Shown piece after piece: positions 39,639 through 49,078 of a stretch of 64,000 bases of DNA; within the stretch, counting starts at the first letter, position 1, and each line of letters opens with the position of its first letter. The notes beneath the pieces were generated by a model. That model was not told the origin of the DNA. It ran no database searches and saw only the letters and a program-made list of their open reading frames with translations. The DNA lies in assembly GCA_052246995.1 (NCBI GenBank), contig JBQPWD010000003.1, positions 64,001 to 128,000 of the forward strand, given 5' to 3'. The stretch comes from Candidatus Bathyarchaeota archaeon. GTDB taxonomy: Archaea > Thermoproteota > Bathyarchaeia > Hecatellales > Hecatellaceae. The position numbers and the translations under genes are program-made.

Positions 39639-40844
39639 ATGGAAAAAAAGTTTTATGTTGCAAGGAAAAACAGAAGTATCTGCTCAAGATGCGAGTATCA
39701 TCTTTACTGTTTAATGATGTTTCCATGCGGTTCTTCTTGTTCAGGATGTGGTGTATGCTTTTTGGCATGCCCATATGAGGCTGTCGAGCTTGTTGAAAGG
39801 GAAAACATAAAAGAAGTCCCAGTTTATGTTGATGGAGAAAAGCTTTATCTTCCTGAGAATGTTCCGATTAAAAATGCTTTAGAATCCATAGGGTTAAGCA
39901 TATGTAAAGAGGAGGCTGAAGACTGGTTGTGCTGTAGTGGCGGGTGCTGGAATTGCGCGGTTATGGTTGATGGAACCTTAGTTCAAAGTTGCATAACCGG
40001 GGTTAGAAGAAATATGAGGATAGAAACAAAATTTAAACATGAACCAGTAAGGGGTGTTGGAGATTTTATGACTGGAGGTGGAAAAACAATTGTCGAAACA
40101 GATGATGGAATAATCTACGATAATGTTGAAGTTGTATGTCTTACATGTGGTTGCAACCTTCATTGTCCTCAATGTTTTAACTGGATGTTAACATACAACA
40201 GCAATTGTAATCCTTTAACAGCAAAAGAAACAGCAAGGATACTTGTAAGAAAATCTAGGTTTATAAATACAAGAAGAATAGCTGTTAGTGGGGGAGAAAG
40301 TACACTAAATAATCGTTGGCTTTTAAAACTTGTTGAGGAAATCAAAAAATTATGCGTCGAAAATGGAAGAGAAAATTATGTTAAGGTAGACACAAACGGT
40401 TCAACGTTAACACCTGAGTATATTGATAAGCTTGTAGAAACAGGCGTAAAAGAATTTACTATAGATCTGAAAGGGCTGAATGTTCAAACTTTCATGAGAA
40501 TTACAGGGTTAAAAAATGAAGAGCTAGCTGGAAAATATCTCAATAGAGCTTGGAACGCTGCGAAATATATTGTAGACAAGTACAACGGTAAAGTTATGGT
40601 TGAGGTTGGAATACCCTACAATAGTAAGCTGATTTCAATAGAAGAGATGCGGCAAATAGGTAAAAAGCTAAATCTCATTGATAACAATATTTACACTTAT
40701 GTCATAGATTATAAACCCGCATTTAGAAGAAGAGATCTATCTCCCCCATCATACGGGGAAATGGTAGAAATTTATAAACTTTTAAAGGGAGAAGGGTTAA
40801 AGAGGGTTTTTATGAACTTCCCAAAGAATAATTTTAACTGGTAA
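39639..40844 (+). CDS. Radical SAM protein (PFL-activase-like) with N-terminal 4Fe-4S and 2Fe-2S domains
   Basis: CSGCGVCFLACP; CCSGGCWNCAV.VDG...SC; CNLHCPQC.N; SGGE; DTNG; IDLKG. Confidence 0.85.
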   Translation: MEKKFYVARKNRSICSRCEYHLYCLMMFPCGSSCSGCGVCFLACPYEAVELVERENIKEVPVYVDGEKLYLPENVPIKNALESIGLSICKEEAEDWLCCSGGCWNCAVMVDGTLVQSCITGVRRNMRIETKFKHEPVRGVGDFMTGGGKTIVETDDGIIYDNVEVVCLTCGCNLHCPQCFNWMLTYNSNCNPLTAKETARILVRKSRFINTRRIAVSGGESTLNNRWLLKLVEEIKKLCVENGRENYVKVDTNGSTLTPEYIDKLVETGVKEFTIDLKGLNVQTFMRITGLKNEELAGKYLNRAWNAAKYIVDKYNGKVMVEVGIPYNSKLISIEEMRQIGKKLNLIDNNIYTYVIDYKPAFRRRDLSPPSYGEMVEIYKLLKGEGLKRVFMNFPKNNFNW

Positions 40845-40878
40845 AGTCAAGAAAGTAAAAGTTGTGAATACCTGTTAT

Positions 40879-41112
40879 CTATGGATTTTTAGGTTTAAAT
40901 TTTTCACAACCAGCTTCTTCTTTACATAATATTAGTTGTTTAAGGATGCAGACGTTAAAAATTCTTCCTGCTTCAGCTACAAAGGGAGCTTGTTCAAAAT
41001 ATTCTGCTATATAGTAATGCTGGTAGACCTCTCCAGTACAAGAATATTTATATCCGAAACAATTCATTTCATGCAGTTTTTTGTAGTAAACGCAATCCTT
41101 GCAACTCAACAT
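40879..41112 (-). CDS. Small Cys-rich hypothetical protein (about 77 aa)
   Basis: Internal ATG at 41112 preceded by GGTG; avoids overlap with the upstream gene; MLSCKDC...C...C...C...C...C. Confidence 0.45.
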   Translation of the reverse strand: MLSCKDCVYYKKLHEMNCFGYKYSCTGEVYQHYYIAEYFEQAPFVAEAGRIFNVCILKQLILCKEEAGCEKFKPKNP

Positions 41113-41144
41113 AAACACCAAAAAAAGAGGTTGTTTTTTACTAG

Positions 41145-41663
41145 CTATGCAATACCGTATGGTGTTAACCAGCCAAACAAAAATCCAACCCCGCATACAC
41201 CTATTACTGCTGCACCTATAAACAGTGAAACTACTGTAAGCTTTACTATTGGTTTTTTAAGAGCCAGCAATAACCAGAAGAGCCCCCAAAGATAAGCCCA
41301 CAAAACCCATAGGAAGCACATTAAGTACATACCAAACACTCCGGTAACGTAGATGAAAGGTATACATGCAAGAACAACAAACAAACAGTACCAGCCTAAA
41401 CCTGGTTGTTCTGTTGTACCTGTCATGATGTTGAAGAAAAGGTAGAAGTATGTGTAAGCAAAGAGTAGGAATGCTCCAAGGTTTAGAGGGTTCTTTTCAA
41501 CAAAACCATCATATGCACCTATCAGAAAACATATTATCCCTGTCCATAAAGCCATTGCCGCTGTTTCCTTTGCTCCAACCTTGCCCATCAGGAAAAATGC
41601 TACTATGACTAATGCTGCACAAACATAGAGAGCTGCAACCCCAATTAAATCTGGAGAAGCCAT
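41145..41663 (-). CDS. AmiS/UreI family small-solute channel
   Basis: Six TM helices; LLFAYTY, GLGWYCLFV, W..WA.LW..FW signature. Confidence 0.85.
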   Translation of the reverse strand: MASPDLIGVAALYVCAALVIVAFFLMGKVGAKETAAMALWTGIICFLIGAYDGFVEKNPLNLGAFLLFAYTYFYLFFNIMTGTTEQPGLGWYCLFVVLACIPFIYVTGVFGMYLMCFLWVLWAYLWGLFWLLLALKKPIVKLTVVSLFIGAAVIGVCGVGFLFGWLTPYGIA

Positions 41664-41939
41664 ACCTACTAATGCAGTGAAGGTGAATATTAGACTTTTG
41701 GTCAGAAAGGAGATAATAACCGAAAAATTATAGAATTAGAAACTGGGCGGCAAAGTAGCGAAAGAGGTAAAGTTACAGTCTCTTATAATCTTATTATGTT
41801 ATTATTGTTTTAATTATTTCAGTGTAAATTCTAGAAACTTTAATAAAAATGTTGCAAAAGATTTAAATCATTTATACATACAAAATATAATATCACAAAA
41901 AAGAGAGCAAAACTAAGTAAAAAATATGGTGGTAGAACT

Positions 41940-43979
41940 ATGAGTCAACCAAGTGGAGAAAGAAAAATTAAGGTTGGAGATAAGGAGTTTACAGTACCTT
42001 TAGGTGAACTTGAGTTTATACCGTGCTCAGGTACGCTTATTGCTGAAGCTTTGGTTGAACATGGGGTTGATGTTGTTTTCGGTGTTCAGGGAGGCCATAT
42101 ATGGCAGTTTACCGATGAGATAGCTAGACATGGAATAAAAATTGTTACAGTACGTCATGAACAAACAGCTGTTTATGCTGCTGAGGCTTATTCTAAGGTT
42201 AAGAGGAGACCTGGAGTTGCATTTGCCACGGTAGGCCCTGGAACAGGAAACATGGTAAGTGCAGTGCAGCAAGCCTATTTAAGCAGAAGCCCAATAATCG
42301 TTCTACTTGGAGGCCATGAAATAGAGCATGACAGGCTTTACACAACCATCCAGGAGGCTTATGCTGAAGACCTTTATGATGGAATTTCTAAATGGACTCA
42401 AAGAATTGTTCATCCATGCCAAATTAAACAGTTTATATGTAGAGCTTTCAAGGATGCTATGAGCTACCCCTATGGTCCAGTGGTTTTAGAATTTTCCATA
42501 TCATGCCTACTCACACTCCTACCGCCAAAACCATTCCCAGTTTACCAAGAGTTATTTGCAGCCCAGACAGCTGTTGACGGCAAAAATACCCTCTACACAC
42601 CTAAATGGTATGGTGAAAACACAGGTAAACCATTCAGCTTTGGTGGAGATCCAGCCCTTATTGAGAAGGCTGTTAAAGCAATCTATGAAGCTAAAAGCCC
42701 AGTTATTATTGCTGCTGACGGAGCCCACTGGGCTGATGCTGGACCCGAAATTCAAGAATTTTGTGAACTTGCACAAGTTCCTGTAAGTGGTAGAAGGCTT
42801 GGTAGGGGTTGTATACCTGAAACCCATCCACTACACTTTAGAAGTAGAGCTGCACATGCATTTATCAGGGATGCTGACCTTGTTGTTCTTGTTGGTATGA
42901 AGGTTGGATTTTTTGATGGCTATGGTGCTGAATGGAGGAGAGTAATTCAAATAACCGAATCTCCGGAGCAAGTTTGGACATGGCTTCCAACAGAAGTTGT
43001 TGTTATAGGTAATCCTAAAGTTGTTTTTCGGCAGATGGTTGACTATGTTAAGTCTCATAATCTTAAACCTCCACCTGAAAGAAAAGAATGGGTTGAAAAG
43101 GTTCGGCAGTCTGAGAAGGAGCAGTATGAGAGGCTTATTGCTAAGGCTGAGAAGTATAAGGATCATAAGCCTCTACATCACGCATGGATTATGAAGGTTT
43201 TATGGGATATTGTTGAGGAAAGGTATGGTGGAGAAAACTACATAATCCAAGACGGCTTCACAATGTCAGACTATTCTCCACCGTTCATCAAAGCTAGAAT
43301 ATCTGGGCAATGTATGGATGCTTCTGAACAGGCAGGTGTAGGCCACAGCGTAGGAATGAGCATAGGAATATGCTTCGCAAACCCAGAATTCACAAGAAAA
43401 AAACCAGTAATAGCCCTACTAGGAGATGCAGGTGTAGGAAATAGCGGTATGGATATAGAAACAGCACAAAGATTCAACCTACCAATAGTATACATAATAA
43501 CAAACAACGACGGATGGTTAACAAGCTGTAAAGCAACCCACTACTCAACTTCTAGAGGTAAACAATGGGATGGTTTAGGCCCTGACCCAGATAACCTTAG
43601 AATAGGCCACAGCGAATTCCTAAAAGATATTAGGTATGATAAGATGTTTGAGGTTCTCGGTTGCCACACCGATTGGGTTACAGAACCAGCCCAACTCAAA
43701 GACACATTAAACAAAGCATTCGACGCAGCAGAAAAAGGAAAAGTAGCAGTAGTAAACATAGATGTAGACCCAACAATTGCTAATAAAGCAACATATACCC
43801 CGGTCTATACGCTGGTTTGGGCTCATATACCATGGGATAAAACACCTAAGAGAAACAAGGCTTTAAGAAGAACCTTCTTAGCCGTGTTGTTTGGAGAAGC
43901 GTTTAAGAAGTATGGTATACCTGAAATGCCTCTTCCAGATCCATGGGAACCTGTTAAAGATGAAGAAATGGAGCCATAA
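41940..43979 (+). CDS. Large ThDP-dependent enzyme, paralog 2
   Basis: FGVQGGH, VRHEQTAVYAAEAY, TVGPG, GPVVLE, GDAGVG...NND. Confidence 0.87.
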   Translation: MSQPSGERKIKVGDKEFTVPLGELEFIPCSGTLIAEALVEHGVDVVFGVQGGHIWQFTDEIARHGIKIVTVRHEQTAVYAAEAYSKVKRRPGVAFATVGPGTGNMVSAVQQAYLSRSPIIVLLGGHEIEHDRLYTTIQEAYAEDLYDGISKWTQRIVHPCQIKQFICRAFKDAMSYPYGPVVLEFSISCLLTLLPPKPFPVYQELFAAQTAVDGKNTLYTPKWYGENTGKPFSFGGDPALIEKAVKAIYEAKSPVIIAADGAHWADAGPEIQEFCELAQVPVSGRRLGRGCIPETHPLHFRSRAAHAFIRDADLVVLVGMKVGFFDGYGAEWRRVIQITESPEQVWTWLPTEVVVIGNPKVVFRQMVDYVKSHNLKPPPERKEWVEKVRQSEKEQYERLIAKAEKYKDHKPLHHAWIMKVLWDIVEERYGGENYIIQDGFTMSDYSPPFIKARISGQCMDASEQAGVGHSVGMSIGICFANPEFTRKKPVIALLGDAGVGNSGMDIETAQRFNLPIVYIITNNDGWLTSCKATHYSTSRGKQWDGLGPDPDNLRIGHSEFLKDIRYDKMFEVLGCHTDWVTEPAQLKDTLNKAFDAAEKGKVAVVNIDVDPTIANKATYTPVYTLVWAHIPWDKTPKRNKALRRTFLAVLFGEAFKKYGIPEMPLPDPWEPVKDEEMEP

Positions 43980-44014
43980 ATAAAAATATTCTTTTAACAT
44001 TCCACTAACTTTTT

Positions 44015-44779
44015 TTAGGTTAATTCTGGGTAGACGCATAGTACTTCTTCTTTAATTTGTACTTCATTGTGAACCCACCAGACATTTCTTAAGTATCTTC
44101 TTGAAACGTTTACAGCTTCAACAACTTCATCTACTGATGCACTTCTCCATGGTGCAGATGGCACCGCAACATAACCAATTACTGTAAACATTATTCCCTC
44201 ATCTACTGATGAAACAAATCCTGCAATATTTTCAACTTCACCCTTGTCAATTAACCCTGGAATTAGTACTGTTGTAGCTCTTGGTACAAGTTCACTACCC
44301 CATAAAAGCCTAAAATTTTTAAGAACATCTTTGTTTGACTTTCCAGTATAATACTTGTGAAGCTTGTCATTGTATGCCTTTATGCTAACTCTAACCTCAT
44401 CTAAACCTGCAACCTCCAGACTTCTAATCTTATTCTCATCTAAGCAATACGCATTTGTTTCAAGAATAATTCCTAAACCATGGTGACTAAGCATTTCAAC
44501 AATTTTGGGTAGATTTGGGTCTAAGGTTGGCTCCTGACCGCTAAGTAAGACTATCTTTACATCCGAAAATTGAGGTAAGATTTGCTTAAGTCTCTCTAAG
44601 CTTAAAGTTTTTAACGGTTGAGGTTTAAGCTTTTCCTGAACATTTTTTGGTAGTGAAGGAGACCAGGGTGAAAGCTTATTTATACAGCCTAAACAGTTAA
44701 AATTACAGTTTTTAAAAAGTAAGCCCAGTACACGACGCTTAGTAAAAAAAATTATATGGTAAATGTTTGTTTCATCCAT
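44015..44779 (-). CDS. Radical SAM protein (PFL-activase-like)
   Basis: CNFNCLGC, SGQEPTLD, ETNA, SIKA....LH..YTGKSN..VL.N, VLIPG. Confidence 0.85.
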   Translation of the reverse strand: MDETNIYHIIFFTKRRVLGLLFKNCNFNCLGCINKLSPWSPSLPKNVQEKLKPQPLKTLSLERLKQILPQFSDVKIVLLSGQEPTLDPNLPKIVEMLSHHGLGIILETNAYCLDENKIRSLEVAGLDEVRVSIKAYNDKLHKYYTGKSNKDVLKNFRLLWGSELVPRATTVLIPGLIDKGEVENIAGFVSSVDEGIMFTVIGYVAVPSAPWRSASVDEVVEAVNVSRRYLRNVWWVHNEVQIKEEVLCVYPELT

Positions 44780-44788
44780 TACTTAAAC

Positions 44789-45931
44789 CTAATCTCTAGG
44801 CCAACACCACCACTGTTGCCTGTATGGAGGAATATGTTCCCAGCTTATAAACGGAAACTGGTCTGGAGATGTTTGAAGAGCCCATTTTAAAGGTTTCTTT
44901 AAAACTCTTCCACTTTTTGTTGTATAGGGTCTTAAATCTCTCTCTAAAACCCACTCTAAAAGTCTTCCAAGCCCTAAAACTTTATCAATGTTTACACCAG
45001 TGTCGATACCCATTTCATCAAACATAACAAGAGTATCTTCAGTTGAACAGTTTCCAGTTAAATCTGAAAAAGTGTAAAGTGTTCCTGTGCCTGCAGGTAC
45101 AATATCCCCAGCAAAAAATGTTGGCTGTCCACCTAACCCTCCAAGGGAGGCCTCTACAATTTTTACCCCTCCAAGTATTGCTGCTAACGTGTTGGCTAAA
45201 CCCATACCTCTACTATCGTGGAAGTGTGCTAAATGACATTCTGCATCTGGAAATCTATCATGAAGCTCACAGTAAAACTCGTAAACCTCTTTTGGGTTAG
45301 CTTCCCCAGTTGTATCACAGGGTGTAAACTTTTTAATACCCATTTCTAAACCTCTCTCAATAAGCCACATAGCCTTTTTAGTTGTTTTTTCCCAAGGCAT
45401 GTTACCAGTAATTGGACAGCCAAAAACCGAGGCTATAGCCATATCTATGGTTATACCTGCACCTTGACAAAGTTCAACAAACGTTGGGATTTCCTTTAAA
45501 AATTGTTCAACCGTCCTGTTAGCGTTTCTTAAGCAATGTTCATCTGTTGTTGAAATGGTAAAAGCACATAAATCTACTGATAAACCTTCATCTTTGGCTT
45601 TAACAGCCCTTTCAAAAGCCTTCGTAGTCATGGCATAACACTTATACTTTACACCAGGTTTCCTTTTAATCCTTCTAAGAACATCCTCAGCATCCTTAAA
45701 TTGAGGCATCCACCTTGGATGAGCAAAATTGGTAACCTCAACAGTATCAAACCCACAATCAGAAAATTGGTCTATAAAGAAAACCTTAGTTTCTGTTGGC
45801 AGTATCTTTCTTTCATGTTGAATACCATCCCTAGCAAAAAGTTCAACCATTTTAACATGTTTAGGTAGCTGGCTATCAAAAAGCTCCTTAACAAATTTTC
45901 TGTTTTCTTCTTGGGTTTTTACATGAGTCAA
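44789..45931 (-). CDS. HMG-CoA lyase-like (DRE-TIM) acyl-CoA lyase
   Basis: RDG.QHE, FGCP, DTTG.ANP, HFHDSRG..LAN, GLGGQP, GN..TED. Confidence 0.85.
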   Translation of the reverse strand: MTHVKTQEENRKFVKELFDSQLPKHVKMVELFARDGIQHERKILPTETKVFFIDQFSDCGFDTVEVTNFAHPRWMPQFKDAEDVLRRIKRKPGVKYKCYAMTTKAFERAVKAKDEGLSVDLCAFTISTTDEHCLRNANRTVEQFLKEIPTFVELCQGAGITIDMAIASVFGCPITGNMPWEKTTKKAMWLIERGLEMGIKKFTPCDTTGEANPKEVYEFYCELHDRFPDAECHLAHFHDSRGMGLANTLAAILGGVKIVEASLGGLGGQPTFFAGDIVPAGTGTLYTFSDLTGNCSTEDTLVMFDEMGIDTGVNIDKVLGLGRLLEWVLERDLRPYTTKSGRVLKKPLKWALQTSPDQFPFISWEHIPPYRQQWWCWPRD

Positions 45932-45949
45932 TTTGTCTAACCCCTCCTT

Positions 45950-47536
45950 CTATTCAGAAGAAATAAGAAGTGTTTTGTACTGTTCCCTTAAAATTCTCTT
46001 TAAAATTTTTCCTGTTAACGTTCTTGGAAAATCATCCACAAACACAATTTTCTTTGGAGCCTTAAACCTTGCAATTCTTTCTTTACACCACTGAATAAGC
46101 TCCTCCTCAGAGGCTTTTCTACCTTCCCTAAGCTTAACAAAAGCTGTAACAGCCTGCCCCCATTTCTCATGTGGTAAACCTGCAACTGCACACTCGTAAA
46201 CTGCTGGATGTTCCATTAAAACATTTTCAACCTCGGTTGATGCTACATGCTCACCCCCAGTTACAATAACATCATCAGACCTTTCAGCTAAATGTAAGTA
46301 TCCCTCTTCATCAAACCATCCTAAATCTCCAGCCGTAACCCATTCACCCTTAATAGCTTTTGCGGTTTTTTCAGGATCTTTGTAGTAGCCTGAGAATGCC
46401 ATGGGGGTTTTAACCCATATCTGTCCTACAACACCTGGAGGGCATTCTTTACCGTTCTCATCAAGTATTTTAACTTCTACCTCAGGTAAAACTTGACCAA
46501 CAGTATCCAGCTTTCTACCTTGAAGGATATCTTTATGTCTTAATGTTGTAACTGGACCTGTTTCTGTTGAACCATAACTGTTACTTAACCTAATGTTTTT
46601 AAAAAATTCTACAACCTTTTTAATGGTTGATGGGTAAAGCATTGCTGAACCACTACCGATCGAATCTATACTGCTTACATCATACCTTTTTTTAACCTCA
46701 TCTGGAAGTTCAAGTATTGAAAGAAGCATTGCAGGTACAACAGACGTTGTTGTAACCTTATATTTATCTATAAGTTTGAGAACTTCTTCAGCATCAAACT
46801 TTCCACCAGGAGCCCTGTAAACCACGTTTGTTCCACCATACCAGAACGTTATGGATGTACTCCAAATGGAGTTTGAATGAACTAGAGGCATGAGGACAAG
46901 TAGAACTCTTTTTTCAGGATTAACTCCCTCTCTAGACCATCCTCTCATAACAGCATTCTGCATATTTTCAAGTAAAGCCTTATGGGAAACCATAACACCT
47001 TTAGGTAAACCTGTTGTTCCCGACGTATATCCAATGTAACATAGGTCTAAAGGTTTAATATGTACATCAGGGTCTTCTGGAGAACCGCTGGAAACAAGGT
47101 CTTCATAGCTCAACATGTTTGATGGTACTTCCTCACCTATTACTATGTAATGCTTAATTTTCTTAAGGTCCTCCATTATAGGAGCTATTACTCCTAAAAG
47201 TTCATCTTCAATTATCATTACCTCAGCATCGCAGTGGTTTATTATGTACCTCATGTTTTCCAATGTTAACCTATAATTTATTGGCACAAGAACAATTCCA
47301 GCTCTAATTAAGGCTTGAATTATTTCAACAGCCTCTAAGCAGTTGTAGGTTAAGTAGGCAACTTTGTCACCCTTTTTTACACCAAAGTTTATTAATGCGT
47401 TTGCCAACCTGTTAACTCTTTCATCAAGCTCCTTATAGGTTAAACTTTTAACTATTTCCCCATGCTCGAAGATTACAGCCTTTTTTTCAGGATATTTCCA
47501 TGAACTGATTTTTAATCCTACACTAACATCTATCAT
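45950..47536 (-). CDS. AMP-forming long-chain acyl-CoA synthetase
   Basis: YTSGTTGLPKG, YGSTE, GDLG, TGGE.V...EVE, P...TGKILKR. Confidence 0.92.
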   Translation of the reverse strand: MIDVSVGLKISSWKYPEKKAVIFEHGEIVKSLTYKELDERVNRLANALINFGVKKGDKVAYLTYNCLEAVEIIQALIRAGIVLVPINYRLTLENMRYIINHCDAEVMIIEDELLGVIAPIMEDLKKIKHYIVIGEEVPSNMLSYEDLVSSGSPEDPDVHIKPLDLCYIGYTSGTTGLPKGVMVSHKALLENMQNAVMRGWSREGVNPEKRVLLVLMPLVHSNSIWSTSITFWYGGTNVVYRAPGGKFDAEEVLKLIDKYKVTTTSVVPAMLLSILELPDEVKKRYDVSSIDSIGSGSAMLYPSTIKKVVEFFKNIRLSNSYGSTETGPVTTLRHKDILQGRKLDTVGQVLPEVEVKILDENGKECPPGVVGQIWVKTPMAFSGYYKDPEKTAKAIKGEWVTAGDLGWFDEEGYLHLAERSDDVIVTGGEHVASTEVENVLMEHPAVYECAVAGLPHEKWGQAVTAFVKLREGRKASEEELIQWCKERIARFKAPKKIVFVDDFPRTLTGKILKRILREQYKTLLISSE

Positions 47537-47719
47537 TTTTCGTTACCTACCTACTATTTAAATGAGGATAAACAGGTATAAACTTGTATATTTTTTAGAT
47601 ATTATGCTGTATTTTGAGAACCGTTATAAAATTTACCTATAAATTCTACATAGTCTACATGGAAACCTCTAAAACCTGCACCAAATTTAAAAAATAATTG
47701 TTGTGAAATCCTGCTTTAT

Positions 47720-48517
47720 TTAGGCGGTTAGAAGGAAGATGAGAAAAACAGCCATAACACCTGTAAGGTAGATTCCGTCAAAAGTCCCAGCCCCACCTAT
47801 GCTAATCATCCCAGACCTAAAATTTGGAAATTTTTTGATGTTGAGAAGGTCAGCACCAATTAACGTTCCAAGTGAACCTGAAACATATCCAATAATGTAA
47901 GGGTTTGCCTGTGTGAAAATAGGGAAAATTATGATTGTCAGGATAGCTGTTAAAAGTGGTGGGATAAACCCTGGAACCATGATACCTACACCTGGAACAA
48001 TCCTAGAAAATTTGTTAACAACTAATGCAATCATGAAAGTTAAAATTGAAATTTTTATGTATGTTAACGGAGGATTAGGGTCTAAGGAGGGTATAGTATA
48101 CAGGAGAAGATAGGCTGAAACAAAGATAGGAATTATTGCTCCACCAAGATTTATAGCAACAACCATCTTCTGCTCTCTTAAGACAACCTCAGGGATTACC
48201 CATCTAAAACCAAAAAACGATACTTCCCGGGAAACAAGTACTGGTTGATTTACTTTAAACTCCTTTAATGGAAAATTTACCACACCCCCAACCAACGAAA
48301 CCCACACTATAACAAAAACTAGAGGTAAAGGTAGGCCAAGTCCATACCTAAAAACAACACCGTAAAATATTAAAAAAAACGGTAGGAAAACTAGTGTTAA
48401 CAAAAATATTAGGAAAAATTGAGGTAAAACTATTGGCTGAAGAACTATCTTCCTTCTTCTCTTTCTCCTAGAAAAATTTTCATCCAGCATTATATTCAAA
48501 CCATGCCCTCTAGACAA
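47720..48517 (-). CDS. DUF1614 family membrane protein; start probably downstream of 48517
   Basis: AINLGGAIIP, PGVGI..P.FIPP, LGTLIGADLLN, SIGGAGTFDGI. Confidence 0.88.
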   Translation of the reverse strand: MSRGHGLNIMLDENFSRRKRRRKIVLQPIVLPQFFLIFLLTLVFLPFFLIFYGVVFRYGLGLPLPLVFVIVWVSLVGGVVNFPLKEFKVNQPVLVSREVSFFGFRWVIPEVVLREQKMVVAINLGGAIIPIFVSAYLLLYTIPSLDPNPPLTYIKISILTFMIALVVNKFSRIVPGVGIMVPGFIPPLLTAILTIIIFPIFTQANPYIIGYVSGSLGTLIGADLLNIKKFPNFRSGMISIGGAGTFDGIYLTGVMAVFLIFLLTA

Positions 48518-48551
48518 TAAATGCTTATTAATCTTGAAAAATATAGGTTTT

Positions 48552-48610
48552 CTTGGATGATGAGTGGCGACGACAATGAATAGATGATTTTATTTTACAC
48601 TCTGACTAAG
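48552..48610 (+). ncRNA. Candidate C/D box methylation-guide sRNA
   Basis: C box ATGATGA 48557-63, 12-nt guide GTGGCGACGACA, D' ATGA 48576-79, C' ATGATTT 48584-90, guide TATTTTACACT, D box CTGA 48602-05, terminal stem CTTGG/CTAAG; intergenic. Confidence 0.7.
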
Positions 48611-48612
48611 GA

Positions 48613-49047
48613 TTAGATATCAAAAAGAACTTTAACAACAATTAACTCATTTTCTTTTCCTATTTCCATTGAATGGTAAGTTACAGCTTTAACTTCAACT
48701 TTTGATGGATGTTTTTCAGGGTTATATTGTTCCCCCCAAGCTTCACCCTTAAGCTTAAAACCACTAGCAAATCTTTTAACTTCATAAATCTTAAATTTTG
48801 AAAAAAGCATACTCTCCGCACCAAACTTTATAAGCAAACTCTCCAGCCAACTATAGAGTAAAGCTTTTTCATCCTCACCTTCAGCGTAAACTTCAACCTT
48901 AATTTTAGGTTCAACAAGGTTTGTATCTGTCATTGACTGAAACATTGCCAAAGCTGCGTTTTCGAAAGCTTCTTCCAAGGTTTTACCGTAGGCTGCAACG
49001 TAAACATCACTTACATGTTCCAGAAATTTAAACTTAGGCATATTCAA
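48613..49047 (-). CDS. Archease
   Basis: FLEH..DV...AYG.TLEEAF.NAA, LLYSWLE, VKAVTYH, C-terminal DI. Confidence 0.95.
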   Translation of the reverse strand: MNMPKFKFLEHVSDVYVAAYGKTLEEAFENAALAMFQSMTDTNLVEPKIKVEVYAEGEDEKALLYSWLESLLIKFGAESMLFSKFKIYEVKRFASGFKLKGEAWGEQYNPEKHPSKVEVKAVTYHSMEIGKENELIVVKVLFDI

Positions 49048-49078
49048 CCTCCAAACCTCAAAGTAGGTTAATTAAATG

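Noticed and set aside
36239-43979. Calling the ThDP enzymes acetolactate synthase (ilvB)
   Set aside because: No ilvH/ilvC/ilvD context, atypical length and Trp-rich extensions, and a catabolic CoA neighbourhood
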